NCBI RefSeq assembly: GCF_006345805.1
Contig: NC_042997.1
Location: 205,468,001 to 205,532,000, forward strand
DNA: 64,000 bases
Reading direction: 5' to 3'
Source: Octopus sinensis
Lineage: Eukaryota
The first letter of the stretch is position 1; each line of letters begins with the position of its first letter. Made by a program: the position numbers and the translations under genes. The notes under the pieces are model-generated. The model saw only the letters and a program-made list of their open reading frames with translations. It had not been told where the DNA came from and did no database searches. Positions 50,400 to 64,000 of the stretch are shown one piece after another.

Positions 50400-51330
50400 G
50401 CAAACACTAATAGCACACTGATACTAAGAATACTAATTACATTATAACAACTACACCTAATAATACACATACTTCTACTACTAATAGGACTAGCAATAAC
50501 ATTAATACTAGCATCAATAGGAATATTACCAATACTGAAAATAATACTACTACTAACACTCCTACCACAAATGCAACTAGTAATAGTTGCAATAATAGCA
50601 TCACTAATACCACCTTCACTACCACTGCTAATACTAACACTACTACCAATGATACTACTACAGCCGCTGCTGCTGCTGCTACTACTACTATTACTAGTAA
50701 TACTACTAATATTACTACCACTAATACTACTATTACTGCTACTACTAATAATAATAATTACAGCAACTCCAATAATGATAATGACAATAAGAATAATAAT
50801 AATGGTAGTGTAGGCATTGATATCGATACTAGAAACCACAGCTATATCATGATTAATTCATGTAATACTACCCCAGCCACTATCAGCACTATTTCATCTC
50901 TATCTCCAATTAACCATCGTAGAATTGATAACTGCAACTGCAGATCCGGGACAGATTACCCACTGCATGCCCAATGCAGAAGATTCAATGCCGTATACCA
51001 ATGCACTGTTCACAACATGATAAATAACTCCTGTAGCCACTACATTGGTTCTAGCACCAATTTTAAACAAAGATATTATGCACATTTAAACTTGTTTAAA
51101 TATAAAGAGAATAGTAATTCCACACCACTAATCAGCCATGTACACCATTTAATTACTAGAAAAATACAGTATAAATTTTCTGGGTTATAATAGACTCTGG
51201 TATCCCATATCAGGGCCAACACTCCAGTTGTGGACTCTGCTTAACAGAAGCCCTCAAAATTTTAACCCCTAACTCACCACAATTGCTTAATAAGTAGTCT
51301 TCACTATGTGTAAGCATAAATTCTTCTGTA
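50400..51330 (+). mobile_element. Penelope-like GIY-YIG 3' fragment preceded by a degenerate (ACT/AAT) tract
   Basis: ORF 50849-51190: CNCR..YPLHAQC..VYQCTV..HYIGSSTNFKQRYYAH..STPLISHV. Confidence 0.75.
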
Positions 51331-51489
51331 CTTTGAAATTCTTTCATAAATCTAAATGTAAATTCACCCCCATGAATAGCACCCACATACAAACCCCTTT
51401 GATCATTAACACGCGCCCCTCTATGTCTCTTCTATCTCTCCTATATCTCTTATTCCACTTTATATCTTACATCTCTTCTATCTACCTCA

Positions 51490-54400
51490 ATCAGGAGGCA
51501 TGTTCTTTGTCTGAAGTCTTTCAATATGATGTCTGGCCTATTCGCATCTATCTTTCTGTCAGTTTGAACGGTGACTTTCCTGAGGAGTGAGATGTGGTCA
51601 TTTTCAAGTGTTGGAGGTGGTTTGTGTTCCCACCAGTTTTTATCCTGGGGCAGGTCCAGGTTTTGAAAATTACCCAGTGAATATACTGTGCTGCTCTATT
51701 ATGCCTGTTGGGATACTCTGTAGGCGCAAGAAGACAGGACATAGATCAATGGTTTCATTTTGTTGTTTACATACAACATGTTGGGCTACTGCTATTCTTT
51801 AATATGTTGGCCTGGTAGTTCCTTTCAGGTAGACATTGATCTTGGGCTGCTATGATAAAGCCTTCTGTTTCTGATTTTAAGCCAGAAGTCATTAACCATT
51901 GATAGGTCAGAGCTTTGTCAACATCGACACTATTAGCTCTCTTTGAGTATTTACCATTGAGAGGTTTTTCTTGTCATTTATCAGTAAGAATATCTAAGGC
52001 AGCAGTTTTAGCACGGGTTTTCATGCGCTTAGCTTTTTCTGTGCTTGTTTCTTGTGTGTCTAATTCCGAAATTTGTTGTATTCGGAATTCACTTAGACAT
52101 TCCTTTGCCTGTTTTGTTACTGAGTATGATGCTTTGTTGTTTTCATGTTTTGAGACAAGTTTTAACATCCAGTCCTCAGAGTTTTTCAGGTAGGTGTCTA
52201 GGCTAATTGTAGCAATCTTCATTGTTATTGCCAGTTGTAAAAGTCCATGGCCTCCCTCTTTTCTTGGCAGATAAAGTCGTTCTGTATCTGCCTTAGGGTG
52301 GTGCATTCTACGCATTGTCAACAGTTTTCGTATTTTTCTGTCAAGATTACAGATTTCAATAATTGACCAGTTAACGATATTAAAACTGTAAGTCACAACT
52401 GGTATGGCTAAAGAATTGATTGCTTCGATCCTGTTTCTTGCATTCAGTTCTGTCTTCAGTGTTGCTCTTACTCTGCAATAACATTTTCTTCTGATCCTTT
52501 CCCTCATGACTGCATGTTTGATTCCATCCCCTTCAAGTACTCCCAGGTATTTGTTGCTCTACACTGGTTCTAACTCTTTTATGACTTTCTGCTGGTCGAG
52601 ATAAACATTAGATGTTTCTGTCATTTTTCCTTTGATAAAGGTAGCTTTTGCACATTTATGCATTCTGATGTCATCACTGAATCGTTTAACAATCATTAGT
52701 AAGCCCTTGAGTTGTTGGTCATTTTTTGCAAAGAGTTTTAAATCATCCATGTAAATGAGATGATTTATATTGTTATCAAACATTTTATATCCGTACTGTG
52801 CATCATTGAGCAATTTTGAGAGAGGTATTAAGTCTAGACAAAAGAGGAGTGGTGATAGTGAGTCACCCTGCAAAATGCCACATGAAATTTTTACATCACC
52901 AGCATTTAGAGATTCATTGTCACTGTTCAAAGTTAGTATGGTTCTCCATGATCTCATACTTACAGACAAAAAGTTCGCCAGAGTAGTGCTATCTTATACA
53001 TTTCTAGGCATTTCTTAATCCAGCTATGTGGTAGGCTATCAAAAGCCTTTTATAGTCTATCCAGGCTATTGATAAGTTTTTGTGTTGTTTGTGACAGTCT
53101 TCTAAGATTATCTTATTGATGAGTAGTTGATCTTTACAACCGTAGGATCCACGTCTACATCCTTTCTGTTCATTAGGGAATATGCTGCTGTCTGTTAAAA
53201 AACTAAAAGTATATTCCGTCAGGACAGATGTTTGCGTTTTATACATAGTTGTTAAGCAGGTTATGGGTCTATAGTTTTTTGGTTCATTTGTTTCTTCACT
53301 TTTTGGAAGCAGGAATGTTAACCCATCAACTAGCCATATGTTGTTGTCCTTGAAGAATCTAACGCGCTTTTCATACCTTGTTATGCGGGCAGCTTTAGTA
53401 CATACTTTTTGCTTGATGGTTTCTATGGTGGCATCTGTGTCAAGTATGGTTTTCATATTATATTTTTTTTTTAATTTTCAGGTTTTTGTAGGTTTGATAG
53501 TCTTTGTTAAACTTAAGGTTTTTCAAATATTCTATGTCAGACCTAAGTAGCTTAATTTGGTGTTGAATACACTGTTGCCAAGAAGGCTTTTTGTGAGAAT
53601 GTTGTCGTTTTCTAATCTTTTCACCACATAGATTTTTGTACTGGTGGTTGAGATCTGTAATATCAACATCATTAACTGAAATCCTTAAGTGCAAGGCAGA
53701 TTTTATCAATTACTTTCAGGTTTTGGTTAGAATTGCTAATTTTTGGGAGAGCATCGCGTTTATTCAAACTGTTTCCTGTACTTTTCAGCCATTCAATCAT
53801 GATTTGATTTTTTTTAGATCATCTAGTTCTGTTGGGTCAATTTCTGTGTGACTTTCTTCATCTCTTTGATTTTCATCTGCCTTAGTGTTTATGGTTGGTT
53901 CAGAGAGTATTTCACCTTGCCTATCAGTTACATTAACTCTTTCAATCATTACAATGTTTTCATCAGCCCTGGGCTGGTCTATAATTATTTCCTCTGTAGT
54001 ATCTTCTTTAGCTGCAGCTTCGTACCTTTTATCCCTTACTGATTGTTTAAGTTGGTCAGTCTCTAATTCAGTTAGAAATTTTTTTTACATAACGTTTCTT
54101 CTGACGTTGGCAAGTTTGTTCCTGTCTATGTAAGGTCTTACTTCAAGGTGTTTCTGTCTCCAGTTTACATAGGTTTGTACAGTATTAGATTTATTTGTGG
54201 GGAAATATATGGCATGGTAGAAGGCTGTAAGAACTTCTTTATCTTCCCGAGACCATTTTTCATTGTTTTTCTTTTGGTTGTTGGTGACGAGCATGGATGG
54301 CCATCTGTTGGAATATTCCGGTTGTGGGGTACTTCTAGCTCCTGTGTGTCAGGAAGATTTGAACCAGTAATTGATTTCTTGCATCGAATCCGGTTCCTCA

Positions 54401-54640
54401 TTTGAGTACGTGTCCTTTTGTAATCCGGTCGATGACCATTCTGGTTTGTAATTTGCTTTGTTAATAGTGAGGCTTGACGAACTTCGATGTTGAGATTAAG
54501 GGACAGATCTGTCTGTTTCGGGTTAATTATTTCTGACAACACCATCTCTGAGTTCTCTGCATGTAAACATTGCTCATAACGTAGCTTCTTAAGGCTAACA
54601 GATCGATATTCGTCTGTAATTTGTTTTTATAGATTTATCT
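51490..54640 (-). mobile_element. Second R4/Dong-lineage LINE, 5' region to start of endonuclease, decayed
   Basis: NYRPITCLTTMYK, WIDYK, GILQGDSLSP, IYMDDLKLF, MHHPKADTERLY and ANRPDI on the minus strand. Confidence 0.87.
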
Positions 54641-55249
54641 CCAGGCATAGTATTTTGTGGTGTTTTAAAATTTATGAATTGTTCACTCTGTCTGCATCCA
54701 AAACTAAAAAATTGTTTTGTTTTGTTTTTGATCCATTTGTGACATGTGTTTTCATATGCATGTATGTGTGTCCTTTAAATTTCACGTAGTTGTGTAAACA
54801 TTGGAATGTATGTGTAGTCTTATGGCTATCAAAATGTATATATGATTGTGTAGACATTCAAGTGTATGTGTAATTATATACTACTGTTTTGTTCCATTTC
54901 TATTTTATATCTCTAAACTTTCTGATGTGATTTTGCTTGTGTGTTTCATACACGTTTCACTGAGACATTGTGTAGAGGAGAAACTCTGCTTTGTATGGCA
55001 GTAAAATTTCGTTTTGTGACTATTTTCATTAAAAGTCTGCTTCCTTCAAGTCTTCCACAGGCTCCTTTATCCCATTCCATCGATGTTATTGGATTAGATT
55101 TGTTTTTGAATGGGGAGCCCTGTTGTAGCACATTCATGTTGTTATTCAGTGTGGGCTTATCTCTGTTGTTGCTATTATTATTATTATTATTATTTTGGTT
55201 TGGCTCGGGTTTGGTGTTGTTCCTGGCAGGAATAGCCGATTACTACCTG

Positions 55250-56520
55250 CAGCCTCAGGTATCCACAAGTTTCCAGCAGTCTTTCAAGTGCTTACAACCC
55301 TCCTGATAATCCTTGCTGTTCCTAAGAGACAAACTTTTGTAGAAGCTCTTCCGGGCATTCTATTCCAATCTCCTCCAGCCATTTCTCCATCTTTGGCTTC
55401 CTGTTCCCAACTCACCAATTATTATAGACATGACCATTACTGATCACATGCACCAAATTCTTCTTATTTCAAATTTATGGGGATTGTATTTTTTTTTTGT
55501 TTTTTTCCTTTCTTTTTTACAATCCCGGAATCAAACAGGCGTGATTGGTCAATTATTATACTTTTATTTCCTTTTTATCACAGGTTTGTTGGAACTCCTG
55601 GAGCCTTGCATACATAGTGGGCTTACTACCTGCAGCCTATAGTACCATGCTATTCGTTCTTTCAACTATCTATACTTTCCTAATTATTCTAGTCGTGCCA
55701 AGAAGCAAACCTTTTGTAACAGTTCTACTGGGCACTCTATTCCAATTTCCTATTTTATTCCTCTTCGTGCCTTCTCATACTGTTCCGAAGGATCCAACAA
55801 TAATTGGCACTATCTTCACTTCCTTCATTTTCCATAGCTGGGCTATTTCGTACTTAAGAGGGTTGTATCTATCTATCTGTCTGTCTGTCAGTCTATCTAT
55901 TTCCTTGCATTCCTTCTTGACCATTTGTGGGTCAAAGGAGCATCCAACATCAACTACATAGCATATGTGATGCACCTTGTCCACTACCACAAGGTCCAGT
56001 GTGTTATTCTCTAGTACCTGATCTGTTTGGATTGGGAAATCCCAGAAGATTTTCCTAGTCTCCAACTCTGCCACTCTCTGTAATTTGTTCTCATACCATG
56101 TCTGCCTCTCTCTAGCCCCTACTTATAGCAGTTTCCAATGGAACACTTTGCCACCTGGTCATGTTACCACAACTTATAATGGTTTTGGGCAAGTTTAGGG
56201 CATTCAATGGTCTCGTCCATCTCTATTACAGATGCGGCCAGTGGACATGCTTGCTCATTCCTAAGGTTGACCTTCCATATGGCCAAATCTTGGTCATACA
56301 CTACCAGCATAGTGCTCTTGGTCTCCTTTCTTCAGCCAATTCCACCTATTTTTTCAGCTAAATCGAACTGATTGCGTAATCTCTTCTTGTAATTCTTTTT
56401 CATGTCCCTTTCCGTACTTCTTCCTTTGTTTTCCCTTTTCTCACTGCTCTCAATACTCCCTCGTTCCTAACTGTCACTAGCAAGGTCTCCATACTTTGGG
56501 CTAGACATCTCATTAAGTTC
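55250..56520 (-). mobile_element. R4/Dong-related 3' fragments (duplicated at ~60200-61460)
   Basis: KIFWDFPIQTDQVLENNTLDLVVVD..VVDVGC..KYEIAQLW..VPIIVGSFG. Confidence 0.8.
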
Positions 56521-56989
56521 TGATTTACCCTTGTCTATAACATTCTACAAAGATTTATATTTTATTATATTCATTTTATTTCTTTATTTTAATTCAACCA
56601 ATTTCTTACTATTTACTCACTATATCATTTTATTTATAATATCTCTATAAATTTCATACTCAACTTATATATACTATACTGGTATAATTCACTGTTATTT
56701 TATAATAAAGAAACATGCTCTAACTAAAATTGTTAACGTATAATATATAAATTTTTAACATATTCCTTCAACTTAACTTTCCTTTATTAGTACCAAAAAT
56801 TACTATTTAATAATTAACTATAAATATATATTAAGTTAATATAGAAATATATAAATATGGAATTATTTCTATATTCTCTATCCCTCTATTGTATAAAATT
56901 TTTTGATAATACTGAAAATATTCTGAAATATTCTTCTTATTGCTCTTTGAAACAACTCTAAAATGTACCGCATGTATATAAATAACACT

Positions 56990-58510
56990 GCTTTTATAGC
57001 TGGTAAATAGTTAATGCTATATCAGCTTTAGCCTGCACAATTAGCTGAAGTATATTCTTACATCAAAAGTATCGACCCAGATTTCATCACAGTCATGAAA
57101 ATATGGGCACATTCTGCATTCTGTGATGGGGTTTTCAGCATAGCCAGCTACAACCTGTTCCGCATTAATCGCCGTGGGGGGGGTTGTGATGGTTTACATT
57201 CGTTCAAATCTATTGGCAATTCCTTGTGATGATTTGAACCAATCTCAACAGGAGTATTTTTCTGCAATATATACATGACCATGTCAACACTTCTGCTTGG
57301 AGTTGTTTACCGCCCCCCAAATTACCATCAAGACACACAACTTTTGATATCCTCAGAGCTGCTGGGGGACTTCAATTCCCTGAGATTGACTGGGAGGCCT
57401 TCTGTTGGCTGCAAAGTGCAGACGATTTCCTTGAACTGGTGCTGAATTCAAATTGGTCGCAATTTTTACCTCCCTCACAAGGGGTAACAACATTGGATCT
57501 GCTATTTACCGCTTCTCCTGAAACAATCATTAGTGTCACTACTGAAGTACCTTTAGGTGACTCTGATCATTCCATGATCATGGCTGACTTGTCCTGATTG
57601 GTTGTAACAAAACCACAACCATCTTCAAACTGCCTGCTTTGACTGGAATAAAGCAGACTGGAACTATTGTTTGTACCGAGCTGTGATGCCCAAACTGGCT
57701 CGAATTTTATGCCTCGGATGTGATATGTGAACACTATACTTCAGAACATTCTGAATTCAATATGGGTGGCATGTGTGCATCGGTACCACACAAGCACAAA
57801 AAGATCACCCAATAGTTCAATCGGGGAGACTGCAGCAGTCCGACTTGCCAGGAAAGAACGCTGTAATGCTGAACAGGAATACAAATTGCACAAATCAGAG
57901 AGCAACAGGGAAAAGCGCAATAGGTCAGCCAACCACCTCAAGCAGGTGACAAAAAAGGCAGGGCTTGAATTTGAACAGCGCATTGCAGCTAACCCTGACA
58001 GCAAAGTGTTCTGGAAGTATGTGCACTCAAAGCAGAGACCCCACTCTCCAGTTGGCCTCCTTTGCAATCTCCACATGGGCCAGGTTACTGGCAATCCCAA
58101 ATAATGTGCAGTAACATTGCTGGATGCTATGCCGGTATCTTTACTGTTGAAGACCAAAATATCCCATCTTCATCATCACTGACATCGGACTCTATATCTA
58201 CTATGCAATTTACACCAGCCAATGCTACAACGCCACCCTTAAGAATGAACGTAAATATGCCTCCTGGTCTCTCGATGGTGTTGTGTTACATACCTACTTC
58301 AAACGCAGTAGGTACTTTCTTCTAAACCAACTTTCACTATTCTTCCAATTCTGTCTTGACAATGGTGTTACTCCAGAGCAGTGAAAAACTGCCAGTGCTA
58401 TCCCTCTGTTCAAAAATGTGACCACACATCACCTGTCAACTATCGCCCCGTCAGTCTTACTAGCTGCATCGCTAAAATGATGGAATCCTGTATCAGAGAA
58501 ACCCTCTGGA
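56990..58510 (+). mobile_element. CR1/Jockey-group LINE, endonuclease and linker, cut off by the duplication junction
   Basis: GVVYRPPN, GDFN.PEIDW, PLGDSDH, VFWKYV and NYRPVSLTS. Confidence 0.87.
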
Positions 58511-61500
58511 ACACTGTTGCCAAGAAGGCTTTTTTGTGAAATGTTGTCGTTTTCTAATCTTTTCACCACATAGATTTTTACTGGTGGTTGAGATCTGTAA
58601 TATCAACATCATTAACTGAAATCCTTAAGTGCAAGGCAGATTTTTATCATTACTTTCAGTTTTGTTAGAATGCTAATTTTTGGGAGAGCATCGCGTTTTA
58701 TTCAAACTGTTTCTCTGTACTTTTCAGCCATTCAATCATGATTTGATTTTTTTAGATCATCATAGTTCTGTTGGTCAATTTCTGTGTGACTTTCTTCATC
58801 TCTTTGATTTTCATCTGCCTTAGTGTTTATGGTGGGTTCAGATAGTATTTCACCTTGCCTATCAGTTACATTAACTCTTTCAATCATTACATTATGTTTT
58901 CATCAGCCCTGGGCTGGTCTATAATTATTTCCTCTGTAGTATCTTCTTTAGCTGCAGCTTCGTACCTTTTATCCCTTACTGATTGTTTAAGTTGGTCAGT
59001 CTCTAATTCAGTTAGAAATTTTTTTTACATAACGTTTCTTCTGACGTTGGCAAGTTTGTTCCTGTCTATGTAAGGTCTTACTTCAAGGTGTTTCTGTCTC
59101 CAGTTTACATAGGTTTGTACAGTATTAGATTTATTTGTGGGGAAATATATGGCATGGTAGAAGGCTGTAAGAACTTCTTTATCTTCCCGAGACCATTTTT
59201 CATTGTTTTTCTTTTGGTTGTTTGGTGACGAGCATGGATGGCCATCTGTTGGAATATTCCGGTTGTGGGGTACTTCTAGCTCCTGTGTGTCAGGAAGATT
59301 TGAACCAGTAATTGATTTCTTGCATCGAATCCGGTTCCTCATTTGAGTACGTGTCCTTTTGTAATCCGGTCGATGACCATTCTGGTTTGTAATTTGCTTT
59401 GTTAATAGTGAGGCTTGACGAACTTCGATGTTGAGATTAAGGGACAGATCTGTCTGTTTCGGGTTAATTATTTCTGACAACACCATCTCTGAGTTCTCTG
59501 CATGTAAACATTGCTCATAACGTAGCTTCTTAAGGCTAACAGATCGATATTCGTCTGTAATTTGTTTTTATAGATTTATCTCCAGGCATAGTATTTTGTG
59601 GTGTTTTAAAATTTATGAATTGTTCACTCTGTCTGCATCCAAAACTAAAAAATTGTTTTGTTTTGTTTTTGATCCATTTGTGACATGTGTTTTCATATGC
59701 ATGTATGTGTGTCCTTTAAATTTCACGTAGTTGTGTAAACATTGGAATGTATGTGTAGTCTTATGGCTATCAAAATGTATATATGATTGTGTAGACATTC
59801 AAGTGTATGTGTAATTATATACTTACTGTTTTGTTCCATTTCTATTTTATATCTCTAAACTTTCTGATGTTGATTTTGCTTGTGTGTTTCATACACGTTT
59901 CACTGAGACATTGTGTAGAGGAGAAACTCTGCTTTGTATGGCAGTAAAATTTCGTTTTTGTGACTATTTTCATTAAAAGTCTGCTTCCTTCAAGTCTTCC
60001 ACAGGCTCCTTTATCCCATTCCATCGATGTTATTGGATTAGATTTGTTTTTGAATGGGGAGCCCTGTGTAGCACATTCATGTTGTTATTCAGTGTGGGCT
60101 TATCTCTGTTGTTGCTATTATTATTATTATTATTATTTTGGTTTGGCTCGGGTTTGGTGTTGTTCCTGGCAGGAATAGCCGATTACTACCTGCAGCCTCA
60201 GGTATCCACAAGTTTCCAGCAGTCTTTCAAGTGCTTACAACCCTCCTGATAATCCTTGCTGTTCCTAAGAGACAAACTTTCTGTAGAAGCTCTTCCGGGC
60301 ATTCTATTCCAATCTCCTCCAGCCATTTCTCCATCTTTTGGCTTCCTGTTCCCAACTCACCAATTATTATAGACATGACCATTACTGATCACATGCACCA
60401 AATTCTTCTTATTTCAAATTTATGGGGATTGTATTTTTTTTTTGTTTTTCTTCCTCTTTTTTACAATCCCGGAATCAAACAGGCGTGATTGGTCAATTAT
60501 TATTACTTTTATTTCCTTTTTATCACAGGTTTTGTTGGAACTCCTGGAGCCTTGCATACATAGTGGGCTTACTACCTGCAGCCTATAGTACCATGCTATT
60601 CGTTCTTTTCAACTATCTAATACTTTCCTAATTATTCTAGTCGTGCCAAGGAAGCAAACCTTTTGTAACAGTTCTACTGGGCACTCTATTCCAATTTCCT
60701 ATTTTATTCCTCTTCGTGCCTTCTCATACTGTTCCGAAGGATCCAACAATAATTGGCACTATCTTCACTTCCTTCATTTTCCATAGCTGGGCTATTTCGT
60801 ACTTAAGAGGGTTGTATCTATCTATCTGTCTGTCTGTCAGTCTATCTATTTCCTTGCATTCCTTCTTGACCATTTGTGGGTCAAAGGAGCATCCAACATC
60901 AACTACATAGCATATGTGATGCACCTTGTCCACTACCACAAGGTCCAGTGTGTTATTCTCTAGTACCTGATCTGTTTGGATTGGGAAATCCCAGAAGATT
61001 TTCCTAGTCTCCAACTCTGCCACTCTCTGTAATTTGTTCTCATACCATGTCTTGCCTCTCTCTAGCCCCTACTTATAGCAGTTTCCAATGGAACACTTTG
61101 CCACCTGGTCATGTTACCACAACTTATAATGGTTTTGGGCAAGTTTAGGGCATTCAATGGTCTCGTCCATCTCTATTACAGATGCGGCCCAGTGGACATG
61201 CTTGCTCATTCCTAAGGTTGACCTTCCATATGGCCAAATCTTGGTCATACACTACCAGCATAGTGCTCTTGGTCTCCTTTCTTCAGCCAATTCCACCTAT
61301 TTTTTCCAGCTACATCGAACTGATTGCGTAATCTCTTCTTGTAATTCTTTTTCATGTCCCTTTCCGTACTTCTTCCTTTGTTTTCCCTTTTCTCACTGCT
61401 CTCAATACTCCCTCGTTCCTAACTGTCACTAGCAAGGTCTCCATACTTTGGGCTAGACATCTCATTAAGTTCTGATTTACCCCTTGTCTATAACATTCTA

Positions 61501-61949
61501 CAAAGATTTATATTTTATTATATTCATTTTTATTTCTTTATTTTAATTTCAAACCAATTTCTTACCTATTTACTCACTATATCATTTTATTTATAATATA
61601 TCTCTATAAATTTCATACTCAACTTATATATACTATACTGGTATAATTCACTGTTTATTTTATAATATAAGAAACATGCTCTAACTAAAATTGTTAACGT
61701 ATAATATATAAATTTTTAACATATTCCTTCAACTTAACTTTCCTTTATTAGTACCAAAAATTACTATTTAATAATTAACTATAAATATATATTAAGTTAA
61801 TATAGAAATATATAAATATGGAATTATTTCTATATTCTCTATCCCTCTATTGTATAAAATTTTTTGATAATACTGAAAATATTCTGAAATATTCTTCTTA
61901 TTGCTCTTTGAAACAACTCTAAAATGTACCTGCATGTATATAAATAACA

Positions 61950-64000
61950 CTGCTTTTATAGCTGGTAAATAGTTAATGCTATATCAGCTTTAGCCTGCAC
62001 AATTAGCTGAAGTATATTCTTACATCAAAAGTATCGACCCAGATTTCATCACAGTCATGAAAATATGGGCACATTCTGCATTCTGTGATGGGGTTTTCAG
62101 CATAGCCAGCTACAACCTGTTCCGCATTAATCGCCGTGGTGGGGGTGTGATGGTTTACATTCGTTCAAATCTATTGGCAATTCCTTGTGATGATTTGAAC
62201 CAATCTCAACAGGAAGTATTTTTCTGCAATATATACATGACCATGTCAACACTTCTGCTTGGAGTTGTTTACCGCCCCCCAAATTACCATCAAGACACAC
62301 AACTTTTTGATATCCTCAGAGCTGCTGGGGGACTTCAATTTCCCTGAGATTGACTGGGAGGCCTTCTGTTGGCTGCAAAGTGCAGACGATTTCCTTGAAC
62401 TGGTGCTGAATTCAAATTGGTCGCAATTTTTACCTCCCTCACAAGGGGTAACAACACTTTGGATCTGCTATTTACCGCTTCTCCTGAAACAATCATTAGT
62501 GTCACTACTGAAGTACCTTTAGGTGACTCTGATCATTCCATGATCATGGCTGACTTGTCTCTGATTGGTTGTAACAAAAACCACAACCATCTTCAAACTG
62601 CCTGCTTTGACTGGAATAAAGCAGACTGGAACTATTGTTGTACCGAGCTGTGATGCCCAAACTGGCTTGAATTTTATGCCTCTGGAGATGTGAACACTAT
62701 ACTTCAGAACATTCTGAATTCAATATGGGTGGCATGTGTGCATCGGTACCACACAAGCACAAAAAGATCACCCAATAGTTCAATCTGGGAGACTGCAGCA
62801 GTCCGACTTGCCAGGAAAGAACGCTGTAATGCTGAACAGGAATACAAATTGCACAAATCAGAGAGCAACAGGGAAAAGCGCAATAGGTCAGCCAACCACC
62901 TCAAGCAGGTGACAAAAAAGGCAGGGCTTGAATTTGAACAGCGCATTGCAGCTAACCCTGACAGCAAAGTGTTCTGGAAGTATGTGCACTCAAAGCAGAG
63001 ACCCCACTCTCCAGTTGGCCTCCTTTGCAATCTCCACATGGGCCAGGTTACTGGCAATCCCAAATAATGTGCAGTAATCATTGCTGGATGCTATGCCGGT
63101 ATCTTTACTGTTGAAGACCAAAATATCCCATCTTCATCATCACTGACATCGGACTCTATATCTACTATGCAATTTACACCAGCAATGCTACAACGCCACC
63201 TTAAGAATGAACGTAACTATGCCTCTCCTGGTCTCGATGGTGTTACATACCTACTTCTCAAACGCAGTAGGTACTTTCTTCTAAACCAACTTTCACTATT
63301 CTTCCAATTCTGTCTTGACAATGGTGTTACTCCAGAGCAGTGAAAAACTGCCAGTGCTATCCCTCTGTTCAAAAAATGTGACCACACATCACCTGTCAAC
63401 TATCGCCCCGTCAGTCTTACTAGCTGCATCGCTAAAATGATGGAATCCTGTATCAGAGAAACCCTCTGGAACTTCTGGAAGTCTCACAGCCTCATCCAGC
63501 TGTCACAATTTGGATTTATTCCTAACTCCAGCTGCTGTAATCAACTCATCGAGTTTCTTGAGGACATTACCCAAATCACTGATTGCTGATCCTGGGTGGA
63601 TGTTGTTTACCTGGACTTTGCTAAGGCTTTTAACTCTGTGCCACACAAAAGACTTATGGTGAAGCTTTCTGCGTTGGGTGTAAGAGACGAACTCTATAAC
63701 TAGTTGAAGTCCTTTATTTTCGGCCGAAAAGAGGTTGTCACAGTTCTAGGACAGCACTCTTCACCGTATGAGATGACATCTGGTGTACCACAGGGATCTG
63801 TTCTTGGCCCCCTTTTATTTGTTGCATATGTTAATGACATAGATGCCAACTTAAAGAATGCCACAGTGCTGAAATATGCAGATGACATCAAGCTGTACCT
63901 CGAAATAAAGAGGTCAGATCCTGTACACTATAGATCTTTATTGCAATCGGACCTGGACACAATGCAGCAGTGGATCATGGACTGGCAACTCAACCTGGCT
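61950..64000 (+). mobile_element. CR1/Jockey-group LINE ORF2 (APE + RT) pseudogene, continuing beyond the window
   Basis: APE motifs as in 56990-58510, then QFGF, VVYLDFAKAF, SGVPQGSVLGPLLF and KYADDIKLY with in-frame stops. Confidence 0.92.

Larger units (their letters stand above)
53569..63470. repeat. Tandem duplication of ~4.95 kb (copy 1: 53569-58510; copy 2: 58511-63470)
   Basis: Both copies begin acactgttgccaagaagg and end gagaaaccctctgga; they are collinear throughout and differ mostly by 1-bp indels. Confidence 0.95.

Noticed and set aside
50351-50839. Ser/Ile- and Val/Leu-rich ORFs resembling membrane or secreted proteins
   Set aside because: They come from a degenerate trinucleotide tract.

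Overview
Eukaryotic, AT-rich, microsatellite-rich and transposon-saturated genomic DNA. The repeat landscape looks cephalopod (Octopus-like); this is inferred from memory of the SINE/LINE tails and not verified by a search. The only host gene I can support is a spliced + strand gene, incomplete at both ends, with five phase-compatible GT-AG exons (8495-8674, 11370-11506, 11788-12015, 12627-12854, 30074-30155). They encode the end of one macro domain and a complete but motif-degenerate second macro domain (PARP14/PARP9/PARP15-like). Nearly everything else is retroelement or DNA-transposon debris: about 11 R4/Dong-like restriction-endonuclease LINE loci (all on the minus strand, the youngest bracketed by (TAA)n), an RTE family with a PHD-type finger and a 62-bp modular 3' UTR, a BovB-like RTE with an apparent 78-bp target duplication, L1/Tx1-like, CR1-like and Penelope-like elements, a Tc1/mariner remnant, SINEs and MITEs. 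Structural oddities are an 827-bp near-perfect palindromic element carrying telomeric hexamers, a spacerless 70-bp palindrome, a minisatellite built from a LINE stop-codon region, a 1.6-kb (ATT)n tract and a ~4.95-kb tandem duplication that may be an assembly artefact. I found no CRISPR, rRNA or true tRNA genes. I cannot support a wholly new biological system; the strongest leads are ranked in the findings. TE boundaries are approximate unless stated.
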